This document shows, in pieces, positions 39,557 to 52,753 of a DNA stretch of 64,000 bases; position 1 is the stretch's first letter, and each line of letters starts with the position of its first letter. The stretch is from assembly GCA_036172245.1 (NCBI GenBank), contig JAYWIR010000001.1:5084001-5148000 (forward strand). Reading direction: 5' to 3'. The notes beneath the pieces were generated by a model that saw only the letters and a list, made by a program, of their open reading frames with translations, ran no database searches and was not told the origin of the DNA. The position numbers and the translations under genes are program-made. The stretch comes from Raillietiella orientalis. Lineage: Eukaryota.

Positions 39557-41599
39557 ATTAAAAATTAGCATTCTGGTCGACGACCTTGCCGTTGCCATTT
39601 GTGGGGCAGGCAAATAGGTGGTGCACGCGCGCGCCTTTTTCTATGTTTCCTGCCTTTCTTTTCTTACTCCTCCCTCTGCCTGCACCTCCACACCCATTTT
39701 CCCATCCACCCCTCCTTTTTCGTTCCTGAGGGGGGACGGAGAGAAAAAGCTCAAGAAGAACATTGGCTTCCGTTCCCCGCCTGCTTTCCGCTCCTTGCGG
39801 TCCCGCACGACGCGGCTCTGTTTCTTCCGGAAGGGGAAGCGGCCACGAGGGCCGAAGAGCGTGAGGGAAAGGAGGGAAAGGGGGGCTTCTCCCACCCGCA
39901 AAAAGGCGCAGCCAACCGTGAAACTCGGAGGGACATTTCGACCCCTTTCCGACCCTGAGCAGCCGCTGAGGCCCCAAAGGCGAACGAGGCGGCAGCCCCG
40001 GGCAGCCACGCAGGGAAATGCGCGCGTGCTCGCCACAGATGGCGACGCGACCGCAGAGGGCGGGGATGACCCAGAGCAGAGGTCTCCACCCTGCTCTGCT
40101 CTCTCAAGGGATGGAGCAGTCGTGGCTTTCTTCCGCCCAGGCTTGAAAACCTCCCAAGACCGGAGCGTAGCTCTGCCTACTCCGCGAGGTAGATAGTTGA
40201 TCACGACTCGTCCACCCACCCTCAAAGTGAGGAGGGAAGGGGAAGATGTCCTCATAACCTTCCCGGATGGCTCCTCAGCTCCAGCTGCCTCCCACCATCC
40301 CCCAGTAGGTTCTCTAGGAAAAGGGTGCTCGGCAGCGCATACCCGTCCTCCGCTCACACGACTGGTCGCGGATGAAGCGCGGGCGAGACGCCCTCTCGCC
40401 GCTGCCGTCTTTCGCCGCCTTCGCAGTCCTGCAGAGCAAAGGCGGCGGTGGGATTTTGCAGGGACGCGGCGGAGCACAGAGGTGAGACCCTCCTGCACCG
40501 CGGGCAGGAGGGTGAGGGATGGGAGAAAGGTCAGATGGAAAGGATGGGACGGACTTTTTCCTTGAAGCTCGCCCCATCCAGAGAGACCGTCGTCCCTCCG
40601 GGAACGGGTCGTGGCGCCTGATCTCTCCTTCCACCACCATCCGCAGCGGGGAATGCGGGAAAGCGAGCGGCAAGGCGGCGCTAATCGCGGTGACCTTCGC
40701 ACTCACTCCTTCCACCCTTCCTCCTCCACCTTCTCTTCCCTTCCAGCTCCCCTTCCCTCCATTTCTCCTCCTCCTCCTTCCCACGAAGCGCCCAGGCAAT
40801 CGGGAAGCAAACCAGGAAGAGGCCCATGCGAGGAGTTGAACCCCCAGGAGAAGTCCCGACGATCGAGGCAAACCGAAGACTTCGGACCAGGCTGCGTGTA
40901 GCTGCTGCCGTTCCGGCTTCTTGCCGAGGGGGTAGGCGCGAAGAAGCATTACAGGGCAAGGAGGATGACTTCCGGCCCAACAACGAAAAGTGCGCCAAAT
41001 GTAGCCCCCCACGAGATGCTAGCAAACTCAAGCGGGATCGGTCCCCATTCGGGAGGTCTCGTCCACGGCTGATTCCTTTCCCAGGAAGAAATCTGCCGCC
41101 CATCGCGCGCTACCCGCGCGTCGTGCCACCACCACCCGCACGCACGCACACACACCAGTCACCCTTCCAAACGGAAAAACGGGATTACTCCCCCTCCCTC
41201 TGAGGTCCTAGGAGCGTCTCGGACGCGCGGCAGGTCTCACGTAGGTCGTCGGTAGATGGAAAACCTGCGGCAGAGGTCTAGTCCATGCCCCCTCCGCCTC
41301 TCCGCTTCGGGCAGGGATCAGAAGCGAGGTCCAGGACGAAGACGAACCTTCGCCTGACCGAACGAGGCTGCGCAGAGGCAGCAAGGCCCTCCCGGTGGAG
41401 ATCCGGCAGGCGCGGGACGCACGCCAGATCCATAAATCAACGAGGAAGAAAAAGGGACAAGCAAGGAGGAGCCCGGGCTTCGTCTCCGTGGTTCCCACAG
41501 CGCGCCCGCTCTCCTCCTGAGAACAACAAACGCTACCACGCGCTGCTATTTGGAACAGCGTAAATAAATCATCACCTGGAGAAGCGGAAAGCGGATTTC

Positions 41600-42270
41600 G
41601 ATTGGCATACCTGCATTTCTCAACCGATAAGTGTCATGGAAACCGATGGTTAATCCCGAACGAGGCGGAGAGAGAGGCAGTCGATCCGTGTTTTCAGCAA
41701 TTTTTCTTGAAAAAGTATTCAGACGTTGCGATGGGAACCTGCAGTGAAGTTTTTTTTTTTCCTCTCTCTCTCCCATTGAAACGCACGCTGGCACTTTCAT
41801 CTCGAAGGCGCTTGATCCTGGAAGCTGAAGGCGAGGTTTACGAAAATAGGGAAGAAGAAGAAAACCGCATCCATCTTGGCAGAGTTCAAGTGCTCGTCCC
41901 ATGAAAACAAGGAAGGCATAAATAACGGATTTAATCTGCGCCGCACCACTTGAACCATTGCGAAAAACGACCCGAAAGGGCAGCACTCTTGAGCACAAGC
42001 ACACGTGAGGATGCCCTCTGCCTTGTGATCGGGAGAAACTGCGCAAATCTGTACTGGCAAGAACGAATATTATTGCTGCCGTTTTATACGCCCCGCGGCA
42101 ATCCAACGTGATCGTTCAATCGACGTGTTCCTCATTAGGCTCCTCGTTCCACCAACTCGCAAACCCGAAGAGGCCACGAGCTTTTCGAAGACTTTATTCG
42201 CGAGTGCAGCGCAACCTCAAACGTCGGCAGAGATTCCAGCGAAGGGCACGTCAGTCATTGGAAATGAACG
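41600..42270 (+). mobile_element. Possible decayed hAT transposase fragment
   Basis: Weak motifs in hAT order across frames and stops: NRW, VLVP, IIAAVLYAPR (cf. AxxLDPR), ELFEDFI...HWK. Confidence 0.3.
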
Positions 42271-42512
42271 CTAGAAGGCTGCCAACAGAAACCTGAAACC
42301 CCGTTGCACATCAGACGCGTCTTGGGGAGGTCTTGCCTTGCCTCTGACAGTCTTCTCTTATCCCGACAATCTAGGGTAGTTTAATAGTTAACACACAGAG
42401 TTAGGAAAATAAATGTTGTTGGTGACAGAATAATACAATCCTATTCTCGCAGTACAAAAATCACAGAATATCCAAACAGCTCATCCCAATCAAAATTGAA
42501 TACTCGAAGAAT

Positions 42513-45500
42513 CTAGTCTTCCCCGGGAGGTGCCGGCTCACGATCACAGAGTCCGTCATCCTGAATGTGAATCGTTAGTTCATCATTGGGAGAAATGGGA
42601 GGAGAAGTGTCAAGGCATCGATCGAAATAGGGGACTGAGACCCCCATTATCACATCAACTATGGACTTGGGGATGCGGCCTCGTTGATTTTCCGTGAAAG
42701 CCATGATGTGATGCCTCAGGGGCTCCTTGAGTTCAGCGCAGATGCTCAGAATTTCTCTCAGCTGGGCAGGAGGCAGCTGCAAAAGCACGGGAAAACTTTG
42801 CATCTTAATGCGCTGACAGCACTTGATAAAACCTTCCCAAACTCTCTTTTGCTTCCAAACCTAAAATTCGCATGAGAAGCTCTTCCTTTAGCCTTTCAAC
42901 ACAGCACCTGTTTTACAATGAGTCGATGAAGAGTATTCATAACAAAACCAATCAATCTGGGATACAGGGTTAGTGACTGGATCACTGTACGCATCAACAG
43001 GGTGGGTAAAGGGTTCTGTTCCATCAACTGTTGGATGACAACAGCCAGCACTTCCGGTGTATATACGGAATGCTCGGAAAAGCATAATGATGTGGCTAGT
43101 CACAGACTGGAGAAACTCCTTGATAAACACAGTCTCACCTTTAATAACAGTTTTGACATCACATTTCGCAGGATCAATATTATGCAACGCAATCAAAAGT
43201 TCTGCAGGAGTTAATGGACCTAGAAAGTCTGGAATCTCAACATGGAGACCCAACAACCTATTGAATACCTAAAACAGCATCAACCACGTACAATAACCTA
43301 AAGAATCTTACTTCTTTTACAACAACGGGATTCAGTTTGATCAGCTTAGGCAGGGAGCTAATGACCTCCTTTTTGGTCAGCCCATTGAGAACAGGGATGA
43401 GAAATCGTACATCAGACACTCTCTTCTGGTAGAGTTCGCGCACTCTAGATACTAATGCTTCACTGGGAGGAGCTGTGACAAATGCAGACATGTATGGAGC
43501 ACAAGTACGTACTTTTATCTGTCAAGATATGGATGATGCGTGTAACAAGGGTTTCTGCTCCTCGGGGGCACGTTTCCACAAGAGCCAGCAATTGAGGTGA
43601 CCCCATACCCATTCCTCGCACAGGTTGCTCCAAGATACGCAAAATGGTGCGCTTCACTTCAGCTGAAGTTTGAACATAAATGGAAGCTAACTCATGGATA
43701 AGATGGTGACTGTGTGGTAACAGAGCCATGTATAAGTATAAACACACTTTGATGGTATCTTCTGACCACACATGCACAACTTCTGCACGCCCCTTCTCCT
43801 CACCAAACAAGAGTTCAGGAGGGTCAGGCAACATGAGGAAGCGCAAATACATATTAGCATATTCCTCAATGATAGCACCTAAGTCACCATAGTCTTTAAG
43901 TTCAAGAATGGCGCTGAGTGCCTGTGTGCGTACTTCCAAAAGCTCGTGGCTGCACAGTTCCAGCAACCCATTCAAAAAAAAGAGCTGTTTGCTTGGACGA
44001 TGAATGACCAAACTTTTGAAAAGAAAGGCACCCATCGCAACATGATGTTCATCTTGGCAGAAACGCTGTAGGATATCCACCGAGGATTCTGTGACTAAGG
44101 GCACTTCATGGTAAATGCGACCCAAAAGGCTAGGATGAGAAACATTTTTGGAGAAAAGCTAACATCCCTCCAAGCACCTGTCTCGATCTTTGCTGTCACT
44201 TTGCTCCAAGAGCTTCTGCAACAATTTTTTCAGAATAGTGTCATAACGTGTACTATCATCACATGCATGTGCTCTGGTCAGCAAGCCCTGCAAACAACAA
44301 TATTCTTCATACAGCCACTGCAGTGCTAAGTCCAGACGATTCTTGGGATCTTCAAGAATAAAATTCACCACCGCTGCATCAATAAAGCTATGAATGATAC
44401 CACTTAAATCACTACCCACTGTCTATATAGTCATTATCCAGATTACTAGCTAACACAGATATGATCTTATTTCTGTTATTAGCAACTCCGCCCATCAAGG
44501 CCTCCCTCTCAGCAGACAGAATGCGTTTCAATGCTGACTGCATAAAATGATTCAACTGGGTCTGAAAATGTTAATTAGGTGAACAGTCATTAGAATAATG
44601 CCAATACTTGTTGCAGGGGCTTGGTGACATCTTGGAGTCTTAGACTACGCATACGTGGACGCAATGGTTTCAAAGGTCCAGAAGGAGTTAACTGCATAGG
44701 AGCAGTCATTTTTTCCTCTCCAGACGCTCTACCTCCTATCAGAGTTTGAATGGGTTTTTTGTTATCTACTTTGTGAGCATCTTCCTCCTCCTCTTCACCC
44801 TGCTCCATCTGAAAAATTTAAAAGTTAAACAATCACCCTGCAGATGTCACACCTTGGTTTCAGGCAAAGTAGCTTTTGTAACTGCTGGTACAAGTCCCAC
44901 GTGTACTAACTGGGTGGCTAATAAACGAGCAATATGCTGGATTTGCCCTTTCGTTCCAGCTGCTGCTATTGGGGTGTAACTAGCTGAGAAATGAGCTGGC
45001 ATGGTATCCGGTAGCTGCAACTACAAAAAGAGCATTCGCCATCAAGTAAAGAGATACAGAAACCCTTACCATAGCCACCATCACCAGCTCAGCTGCCAGA
45101 CTTGCTGTCAGCTGATGAAAAATAGTTTGCTCTAACATATCCGTTGCATTATGTTTTTCTTGCTGTTTGCTAGAATCTTCTTCCTCCTCTTCTTCCTCTT
45201 CCTCCTCCTCATCTCTTCTATGCAACAACTGAGCACTGATCTCCATGCGTGATTTTTTCACCACATTCAACTCTTCATCTTTGATTCGTTGTCTTTTCCT
45301 CAATTCCTCTGGTTTGGGCATGTACTTCATGACCTGCAAGCATTTTTGCACGTCCATTCATCTTTGCAGCTTGCCTCTTGTGTGGTTGCTCCAAGATCAG
45401 TCAGCAAAGTAGTAATATTCACATGGAAATCCAGAGATGCAGGTAAATGCAATATACGTAGAAGATTCAGCTTTAACATCTTTCTGATTGAGGTTACCTG

Positions 45501-46654
45501 ACTTTTCCTCAAAGTAGATGGGAGATTTGCTGATTTTTAACTCTCTTTCATGACATCCAGAAAAACTCACCAAACATGCTTTCAAATGCTAAAACAACTT
45601 TTTCTAAATAGCGTGGCCTCTGCCTCCCAATATTAGTCAGCGCTCCCATTACCGTCATCAAATTAATGGAAGAAATATCAGGGGAGCCATGGAATTTGAT
45701 GAGATCTTCAAGCAGCTTTCTGTAAATTTCAATTCAGTGAATGACAATAAAAGCACATGACAAAGAACTTGAACGAAATTTAAGTCAGGCAAACCTGGAT
45801 TCTTCCTCTAGCTTTCTTGGTCGAGCTATCTTAAGTGTTAAAGGAACATTTTCAAGAGAAAAGCTCTCTTCTTTATTTGCACTATCTAATTCAGGGTATG
45901 AATGGATCATTATAATGACCTCCATAAACTTAACAACTTGGTTCCGAATTCTGAAAGCACACCTTATGTGAGGTCCCCAAATTTCATGGTTATTTAAATT
46001 TCAAATGTTCTTTTCTTACCCTCCTTCATCTCCATGCAGTAAACTCACAATCTCATCTTTTATCTGCTTCACATACTTCCACGTTGTTTCCATAAGGTCA
46101 GATACAACTCTTGCTTGGCATAACCACTGTAGTGTTAGCTTATAAAGATGGATCATTGCCTGAATTACTTTAATCTGAACTATAACCACATCCTGAAGTA
46201 AAAGTTGAATATTGGCAACAACTTTTGGCACATATTCTGGATCCTTCAAACTGAAAATAACAGATGTGCTTACATACCAATAATTTATCGGTTTACCAAG
46301 CTTTCTCTATAAAGCCTACAATTGATTTTCTCACTATAGGTGAAGGATCAGTTTGGAATGCTAAAACTTCATCCAAGAAACTATCAAGTAAGTTTGGATT
46401 TTCATTTATGAGCAGGCATTGCAATTGCTGCAAATATTCCACCTTATCTGTTTCTACAGTACTTTGTGAAGCTTGGCTTAGAATATCGACGACCTGAAAC
46501 AAGAAACGATTTCAACAGAATTCAAATGAATACAGAAAATACTTATCAATCCTCAGTTAAAAAACAGAATGAAAATGGTTACCTGGTCATATGTATTTTT
46601 GCTGTTCTCCTCTTTCATCTCTATGTTTTTTACATTTGCCTTATTCATGCTCAT
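42513..46654 (-). CDS. SYMPK: Symplekin, pre-mRNA 3'-end processing scaffold; 16 exons, ~1124 aa
   Basis: Hand-spliced exons (minus): 46654-46583, 46493-46297, 46250-46020, 45950-45795, 45719-45571, 45529-45375, 45333-45070, 45020-44853, 44808-44608, 44561-44420, 44373-44178, 44129-43513, 43472-43312, 43268-43139, 43095-42908, 42860-42513. Total 3375 nt, open to TAG. Peptides match recalled Symplekin motifs: [100 protein letters not shown]. Start codon uncertain (in-frame ATGs at 46654, 46648, 46618). Confidence 0.96.
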
Positions 46655-49259
46655 TATACATTTAGGAAAACATACTGAATCAAGGTCATTGCCACATTAC
46701 TGATTGGGTATCGCTCGTTAATTTCATTAATAAAAGCTCAGTTCTTTCTATTTCCCTCCATTTCAGCATAAAAGTCCAGTAGATACTTTACAAGTGTTAA
46801 TATATAGTACTTTAATCTCTAAATGCATTGCCGGGTCAACCAAATAACATATATTCTATGATGTTTTCATACTTGTTTTTTGTATTTTCACAAAAATTAC
46901 TGACACCTAATGTGCAGCCAGATGTGCACTGACTCTAATTAACTGAATGATAAGAAAATAAAATATCATAAATTTAATTTCGCAAATTAAACCAAACTGA
47001 TTCGCTGTAATGATACTATGTCTTTTGCAAAACTGGGGATCCCCGTTCAATGAAGGACTGTAAATGACTATTTCCAGGGATGCCAACAAATGACCTCATA
47101 TGCTTAAAAACGTTACAATTTGTGTTGAGAATTGTGTTAATCTAAATGCTCTATAACGTTAGAAAAAATGCATTTTATAAATGGATTTTCGCTTAAGAAA
47201 ATGGGAAAGGAATACAAATAATAAATGGTATTTGTGAAGTTTTTTCTCGTGTAGCATGTAGTATTTACGGGAGAGGGATGGTATACGATATTTTAATAAG
47301 AAACGTGGAATATACTATGTAAATCCAATCAGCTGTGGAAAATGCTAAGCACTGTTTTGCAGTATAACTTGATTTTACCCAGAAATTTGAAAATTGAGGT
47401 CATACTGCAAGAGATCGACACAGGCACATGTTAAATCGAATCTTTTATGTCATGATTTATGTTATGGAATACATGTAGTAAAAAATGTGGTGTTCCATGT
47501 TGTATCATGAAATTCTTCGTTGAAATCTGATTAAAGTAAGCTTAGTTTAGTAAAGCTTGATTCAGTAATTTTGCATTATTTTAGGTTTCTTATAATAACT
47601 GAAGCTTTTGCTTTAAAATTTTATCAAACTCTATTTTTTCATTACTTTTTTTTATAAAAATCGATACTATCCATCACTTTCGAGTACATTCTTCCAAATA
47701 TAAACATATGAATATCTGAACAGAAAATCAAATGATAATAACTGACATAAATGATTTGAAAAAGCAATCCCTCGAATTCAAGTTTATCAAATTCATATTT
47801 TACACGTCTATATAATTTTGAGATTTTTTTTCCTCAAGTATTGCTATTAGTTGTGACAAAACGAAAACAAGCATTCGGCAACTTGAGTATTCTTTTACCA
47901 TGATAATACTACAGAACTTCTTGTTCAAATTAATGTAGCGATTGCTTTATTATCTTTGCTATATTATTATTTTCAATTTTGAAACATAGCTAACGAATTG
48001 GGGCTACTGAGATACGTTTGCTGTTCATTATGTAGAGATCTCTAATGAAACCTTAGTTTTTTTTTTTGGAATGGTAACTATGTGTACGTGCAAATCTCCT
48101 TATTTCTTGCAACGAAAGATATACGAAACGTTTCTTATCAATTTACTCAATTTCTGTATATCCACATGCTCCCGATTTTTTTTTTATTCTTTCCATTTTT
48201 CAAACAGTCTCTCAAGGGAAGAAGTTTTGTGACTCGTTGTGTGACTCACTGTTGACAGGATTTGGTTCTTTAGACTTGTTGTGTCCTTCATTCAAACACA
48301 CCGAATTCTAGATGCTTTCATTTTTCAACACTTGTGGAATGCTTTAGGCAATTCACTTTTGGATAAACGCTTGCAGATTATGACGTTCCAAATGCCTTGG
48401 CACAAAGGTCGCATGGAGTCAGACACTTGTAATTGTTAATATTCTGAAAATATTTTTCCTCGGATGAGCAATTTTGGCAAGCACTTGGCTCATATTTACC
48501 ACAGAAATAAGTGCTTATTCTAGAGATCCCAAAAGTGTTTGCCAAGGATGCTAAAAGCGATTCTGGGCTTCCTGTAACTGAAAAAGAAATGATTTTGAAA
48601 TGAGGAATGGCATTGTAATTTGTAATCATGTTTTCTAAAGAATATTAAGGACAGACTGAACGAATTTTCTGTTTCACACATAATTTCTGTGTCTGCTGAA
48701 TCCATCTTTTCTGAACCTGTTTCTGTTTCATTTTATTCTCCTGTTGCTCAGGGTACGCTCAGTGCATCCAAGACATTCCTCTGAAAGCACAACACTTTCT
48801 GAAAACAGCGGCATTTCTGAAAGATGCAGCCTCACTGAGCATTGCCAGTGGATTCTTGACTTTGTGAATGTTTCCTGTTCGAATTCAACACCCAGCATTT
48901 CATGTGTGGATGTTATAAAATTTGCTGCACTCGGTTGTGGACCAGTTTTGGCATGGCAAAACTTTCAAGAAAAGCAATTCTTGCGAGTAGTTGGGGCAGA
49001 TGATGTTTTCCCTACACGGCGAATGAAAATACCAGCAAAAGGTGAGATGAGTAACAGCAGGTCTTTCTGTGTACTCCCAAGGCGCTACCATTTCACACAA
49101 TCTGTTCTTTCGTTGAGCCTGTGGCTTCAAGTGAATTCACCACAGTGATCTTTAAAGATATATTTGCAACTCATCTACGTGTTTTGAAGAGAGGAACCGA
49201 AAAGTTTCGTGCTTCCAGCAGTCTTCTTTCGGAAGGTTCACCAAGTGAGAAACAGAATG

Positions 49260-50930
49260 TTAACCTTTGGCGGATGCGCGCGCGGTGTGGTGGAAGGGAA
49301 AATCGGCATGAAAATTCGAAATTTTAGCAAAAAAAAAAAAAAAATGGAAAGAATCCCGAATTTACACTCTGATCGGGACTGCAGTGTGCAATGACCTCAT
49401 TCATTTTTTATCAAAACATTTTTGAAGTGATGTAAGGCATGCCAACCGAACAAAAAACTCTTTCTTTTTACATGTTGGATTTGCTTGCATGCCTTTCACA
49501 TAATGGAAGCTCTAATTGAGGAGAGTGATTATTCACCTCGATTAAAGCTTCAGTTATTTTCCTCAGCTAAGGCTCCAAATGAGCAGTTTTGGCAAGAAGC
49601 GGTCTCTGTAATTTCAGTTTTTTCCTTTTGAAGATAGCAAAGACATGACTTCAAGAAGCAGAATTTCCGAGATTGAGACTCTTTGGACGATGGATTGAAC
49701 ATCGATGCAAATCCTTGCATATTCCCTAACAAGGAAGCTGCGTTGATATGGAAAGGGCGATTGTCTTGGAAGGAGTATATATACCTTCTAAAAGGAGTCG
49801 TTTGGGAATGGAATTTTTTGTCTTATGAGAAAGTCAGTCTGGAAAGATTTGGAATTTCTGTGCATACATTGGCAAAAATACAGCATGCGGTCAAAATGAT
49901 CCTCAATGTGTGGCCGCGACTCGCATCGTTCTTGAACAGTCTCAAGACCTATTGGGCCAGGTATAGAAATTCTATTTGGATCACTGTATTAAACTCGCGC
50001 AGAAACTGTGCACTTGTAAGACAGACACTATTGGTACAATGAGACAGCAGAGACTTGGTATTCCTGAAGATATAAAAACAACTTTTAGGAAAGGTCAGTA
50101 CATTGCAAGATATAACAACAAAACCATGCTATTGAAGTGGCGGGACAGAAGGGATGTACTCTTCCTCAGTACAATACATAACTCCAATGTGGTGGAAATA
50201 GAGAGACGAGGTGTTGTAAAAGAAAGATTGAAGTGGTCTTTGACTATGGGGAAAAAAATGAGTAGAGTGGACGGAAGCGATGGTACAATTGCAGCAAATA
50301 CTCTGGCGGGAAGTTAAAGCAGAAAATATTTGTTCATCTTTTAGACGTTATGTGCTTGAATTCATATTTATTATGTTTATTATCTTAAAAAAAAAGAATG
50401 GAAAATCAGATCGATTCAAATTTTGGCTCGAGTGTGCTGAAGAAAGTATTGAGGAATCTTCAGCTCCAGGGACTGACAGCTGGTCGACCAACTAACTGTA
50501 ACTGCCAAGCCCATGCACGTCTCATCCGGAAACACTCCCCAAATTTTATACCATCAAAAACGAGTGCACCGCGAAGCCGCATCGTGTGGTGTTCAAAAAA
50601 CGGCAGTCGTAAGGAAGCGCGATGTTGGTGCTTCATCTGTGAGGCGCCACTTTGTGTCGTAACTTGCTTTGAACAACATCATGGTGCAAAATGAGATCGA
50701 ATTTCTATTGAGTTTTTCCATTTTATTATGTGCGAAGTTTCTTGTCGTCGGTGTGAAGACGAAATCTCCTTGAATCAAATTTTTTTTTTTCTTTCCTCAT
50801 TGGAATTTACAATCGATACGTTTGCTGTGCGTTTGACGTATATATACGTTTTCGCCTATTCCAATTACGCACCCGCGGGTGCACTTTTGAAGGAGAAAAA
50901 AAAATTTACTCGCTCAACAGGATGAGGGTG
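49260..50930 (+). mobile_element. Decayed piggyBac DNA transposon (PGBD4-like transposase, frameshifted)
   Basis: Fragments across frames: LIWKGRLSWKEYI (~49740), TDTIGTMRQQRLGIP...KGQ...LLKWRDRRDVLFLSTIH...MSRVDGSD (50020-50290), and the C-terminal cysteine-rich domain RLIRKHSPNFIP...RKEARCWCFICEAPLCVVTCFEQHH (50515-50690). TTAA followed by CCTTT at 49260 is a candidate left end; the right end is not resolved. Confidence 0.85.
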
Positions 50931-52753
50931 TGAAGGCAAGCCAGTATGTAGTACATCAATAACCTCAGGATTTTTCCATGTGTATACTTGACGTATGCGC
51001 TCCATTTTCTCTGAATGCTGCGTTTTGGATTTCATTACGAGGGGCTCATCGCTTTCCATGAGTCGCAGATTCAGAGAATGCACTTTCTGCATGCTCTGCG
51101 CTGTGCTTTTGTCAAACATTCTTGGATCCCAAGACTTCTCTGCTTTCCGGACTGATTACTGATATGCAAAATTCCTGCTTGCTGGATGCTTTCCCAGAAC
51201 ACTTTCTCTCCAGAAATTGAATTCCAGTCCGGAGGCCGAAGCTGCCTGCCTACCAGTCTTTGATTTTCATCTTCTCGAGGACGCTGTTAACATTTAAAAA
51301 TCAGCAAAGTCTGCAGTTACCATTACTGGGAGTCGTAGACCGGCATCCTCCGTGACTGGAGAATTGTTTCCAAAACAGAGGAACGATTTACGTTTCGGTG
51401 GAGCAATTTGCTCGTATTATTTTACGTTGAGGATGTAATTTCAGAGCAGCCGAAGAATCAGAGCAGTGGTCCAAATACGGACGGGTCCTCCTCCTGCTGT
51501 GGGGTCAAGGAATCACGAGTTAAAAGTTTCCACTGAATAGGTGTATCGTGATCCTGTTAAATATTCCTCTTCGAAGGCGTGCCATACAAATAACAGACAT
51601 CACGACATCCGATCCAATGATCTCGGAAAAGGCTAATCGGAGAGCTGCCTCTCGTAAAGTGAGGGAAAAACCACAGCGGCATCGATTAACGTGTATCAGC
51701 CAAAAGCCATCGCCTGCAGCCTGTTTTATCACAAAAACACAGCCAGCAATTCCGATCAGCATCTAGTGAGATGGTCTCTAATGGAACCTCTGGACAGAAG
51801 TTTCCGCTGTTCCACAGCCCTATGGATGTCACTTTTATTGCCTTCTTTCCAAATATGAGCTAAGGTTATGGTTTCGATCAAATGCCCATGCGGTTTGCGA
51901 TCCAGAAACTCTGTACAATTTGTGTCATCGTGCTTCCTCAGTGCAGTGCACCGATGAAACAGAAGTACGAGTGATGAAAGAACTCAGCACGCATGCTCAG
52001 TAAAAGCAGCTCATCAGCGAACACTCCCTCTTCAAGAGGATGCTGATTTCTGAAGGCAGTTGTTGAGATTCAATGTTGGTCAATTCTTTGAAAGATGCTA
52101 CCAAATGGAAGCCCTCGAATGGAGCTCATCCCAAGGATCCTACCAATCGACCGAATCATTCCACGAGGTCAGATCGATTCCGAGCTTCATTCGGTCTCTC
52201 ATAGTCACTGCGTCCGTTCTCTAAAGATGAAACTTGCCAAAATTCGCAACCGACCACAGACTTACTCGAATTTTCGCGGGCCTGATCAGCAGCACGGCAA
52301 ACGTGTGCCACGTACTGCTGTCGTCGAACACGCGGGCACACTGAAGCAAAGCACGCCCGAACACGCAAAAAGTTCCTCCGCATAGCGAGTGGAGTGGAAG
52401 TTCCCCCGTATAACGCGGAGCCACCGGGCAGCAGGGGGCGACGAAAGAGCGGCGGGGCAGTCCTCGTGCAGCGCGGCCGATCAGACAGCATCACGAACGC
52501 TGTGGATACATTCCAAATACTCTGTGGCAAAGTGGCAGCTCTAAAAATCTCGTGCCAACACGTGATCTAAGCCGGTTGAATGGTGGAACAACGAGGGCGA
52601 CGGAGGTGGACCTACAGAATCGCTTCGAACGTTTCCATCCCGACGAAACTCCAAAGGCTCTTTTTGTTTTATTACTTCAAGTTAAACGAACGCCTCTGAT
52701 TCTCTTCTTTCCTTTCTACAGTGAGATGGTGGGTATTTTTTTCCTTTTACTGT

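Noticed and set aside
39560..39600. KISILVDDLAVAI as an RT YADD-like motif
   Set aside because: Isolated, with no flanking RT motifs.
40985..41050. KCAKCSPPRDAS as a gag zinc knuckle
   Set aside because: The His and final Cys are absent; too weak to call.
1..41500. Hundreds of long six-frame ORFs (up to 428 aa, e.g. 37560-38846 and 17780-18970)
   Set aside because: R/P/S/G/A-rich, overlapping on both strands and without domain motifs; expected from GC-rich, stop-poor DNA.
47659..47666. DRE-like AATCGATA upstream of Symplekin
   Set aside because: A single 8-mer in AT-rich DNA; transcription start unknown.
47075..47885. CAGGGATGCCAAC as a possible DNA-transposon TIR
   Set aside because: Only a poor partner near 47875 and no TSD.
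52091..52114. KDATKWKP, resembling motif A of negative-strand RNA virus polymerases
   Set aside because: No motif B (QG) or C (SDD) in register downstream; probably chance.
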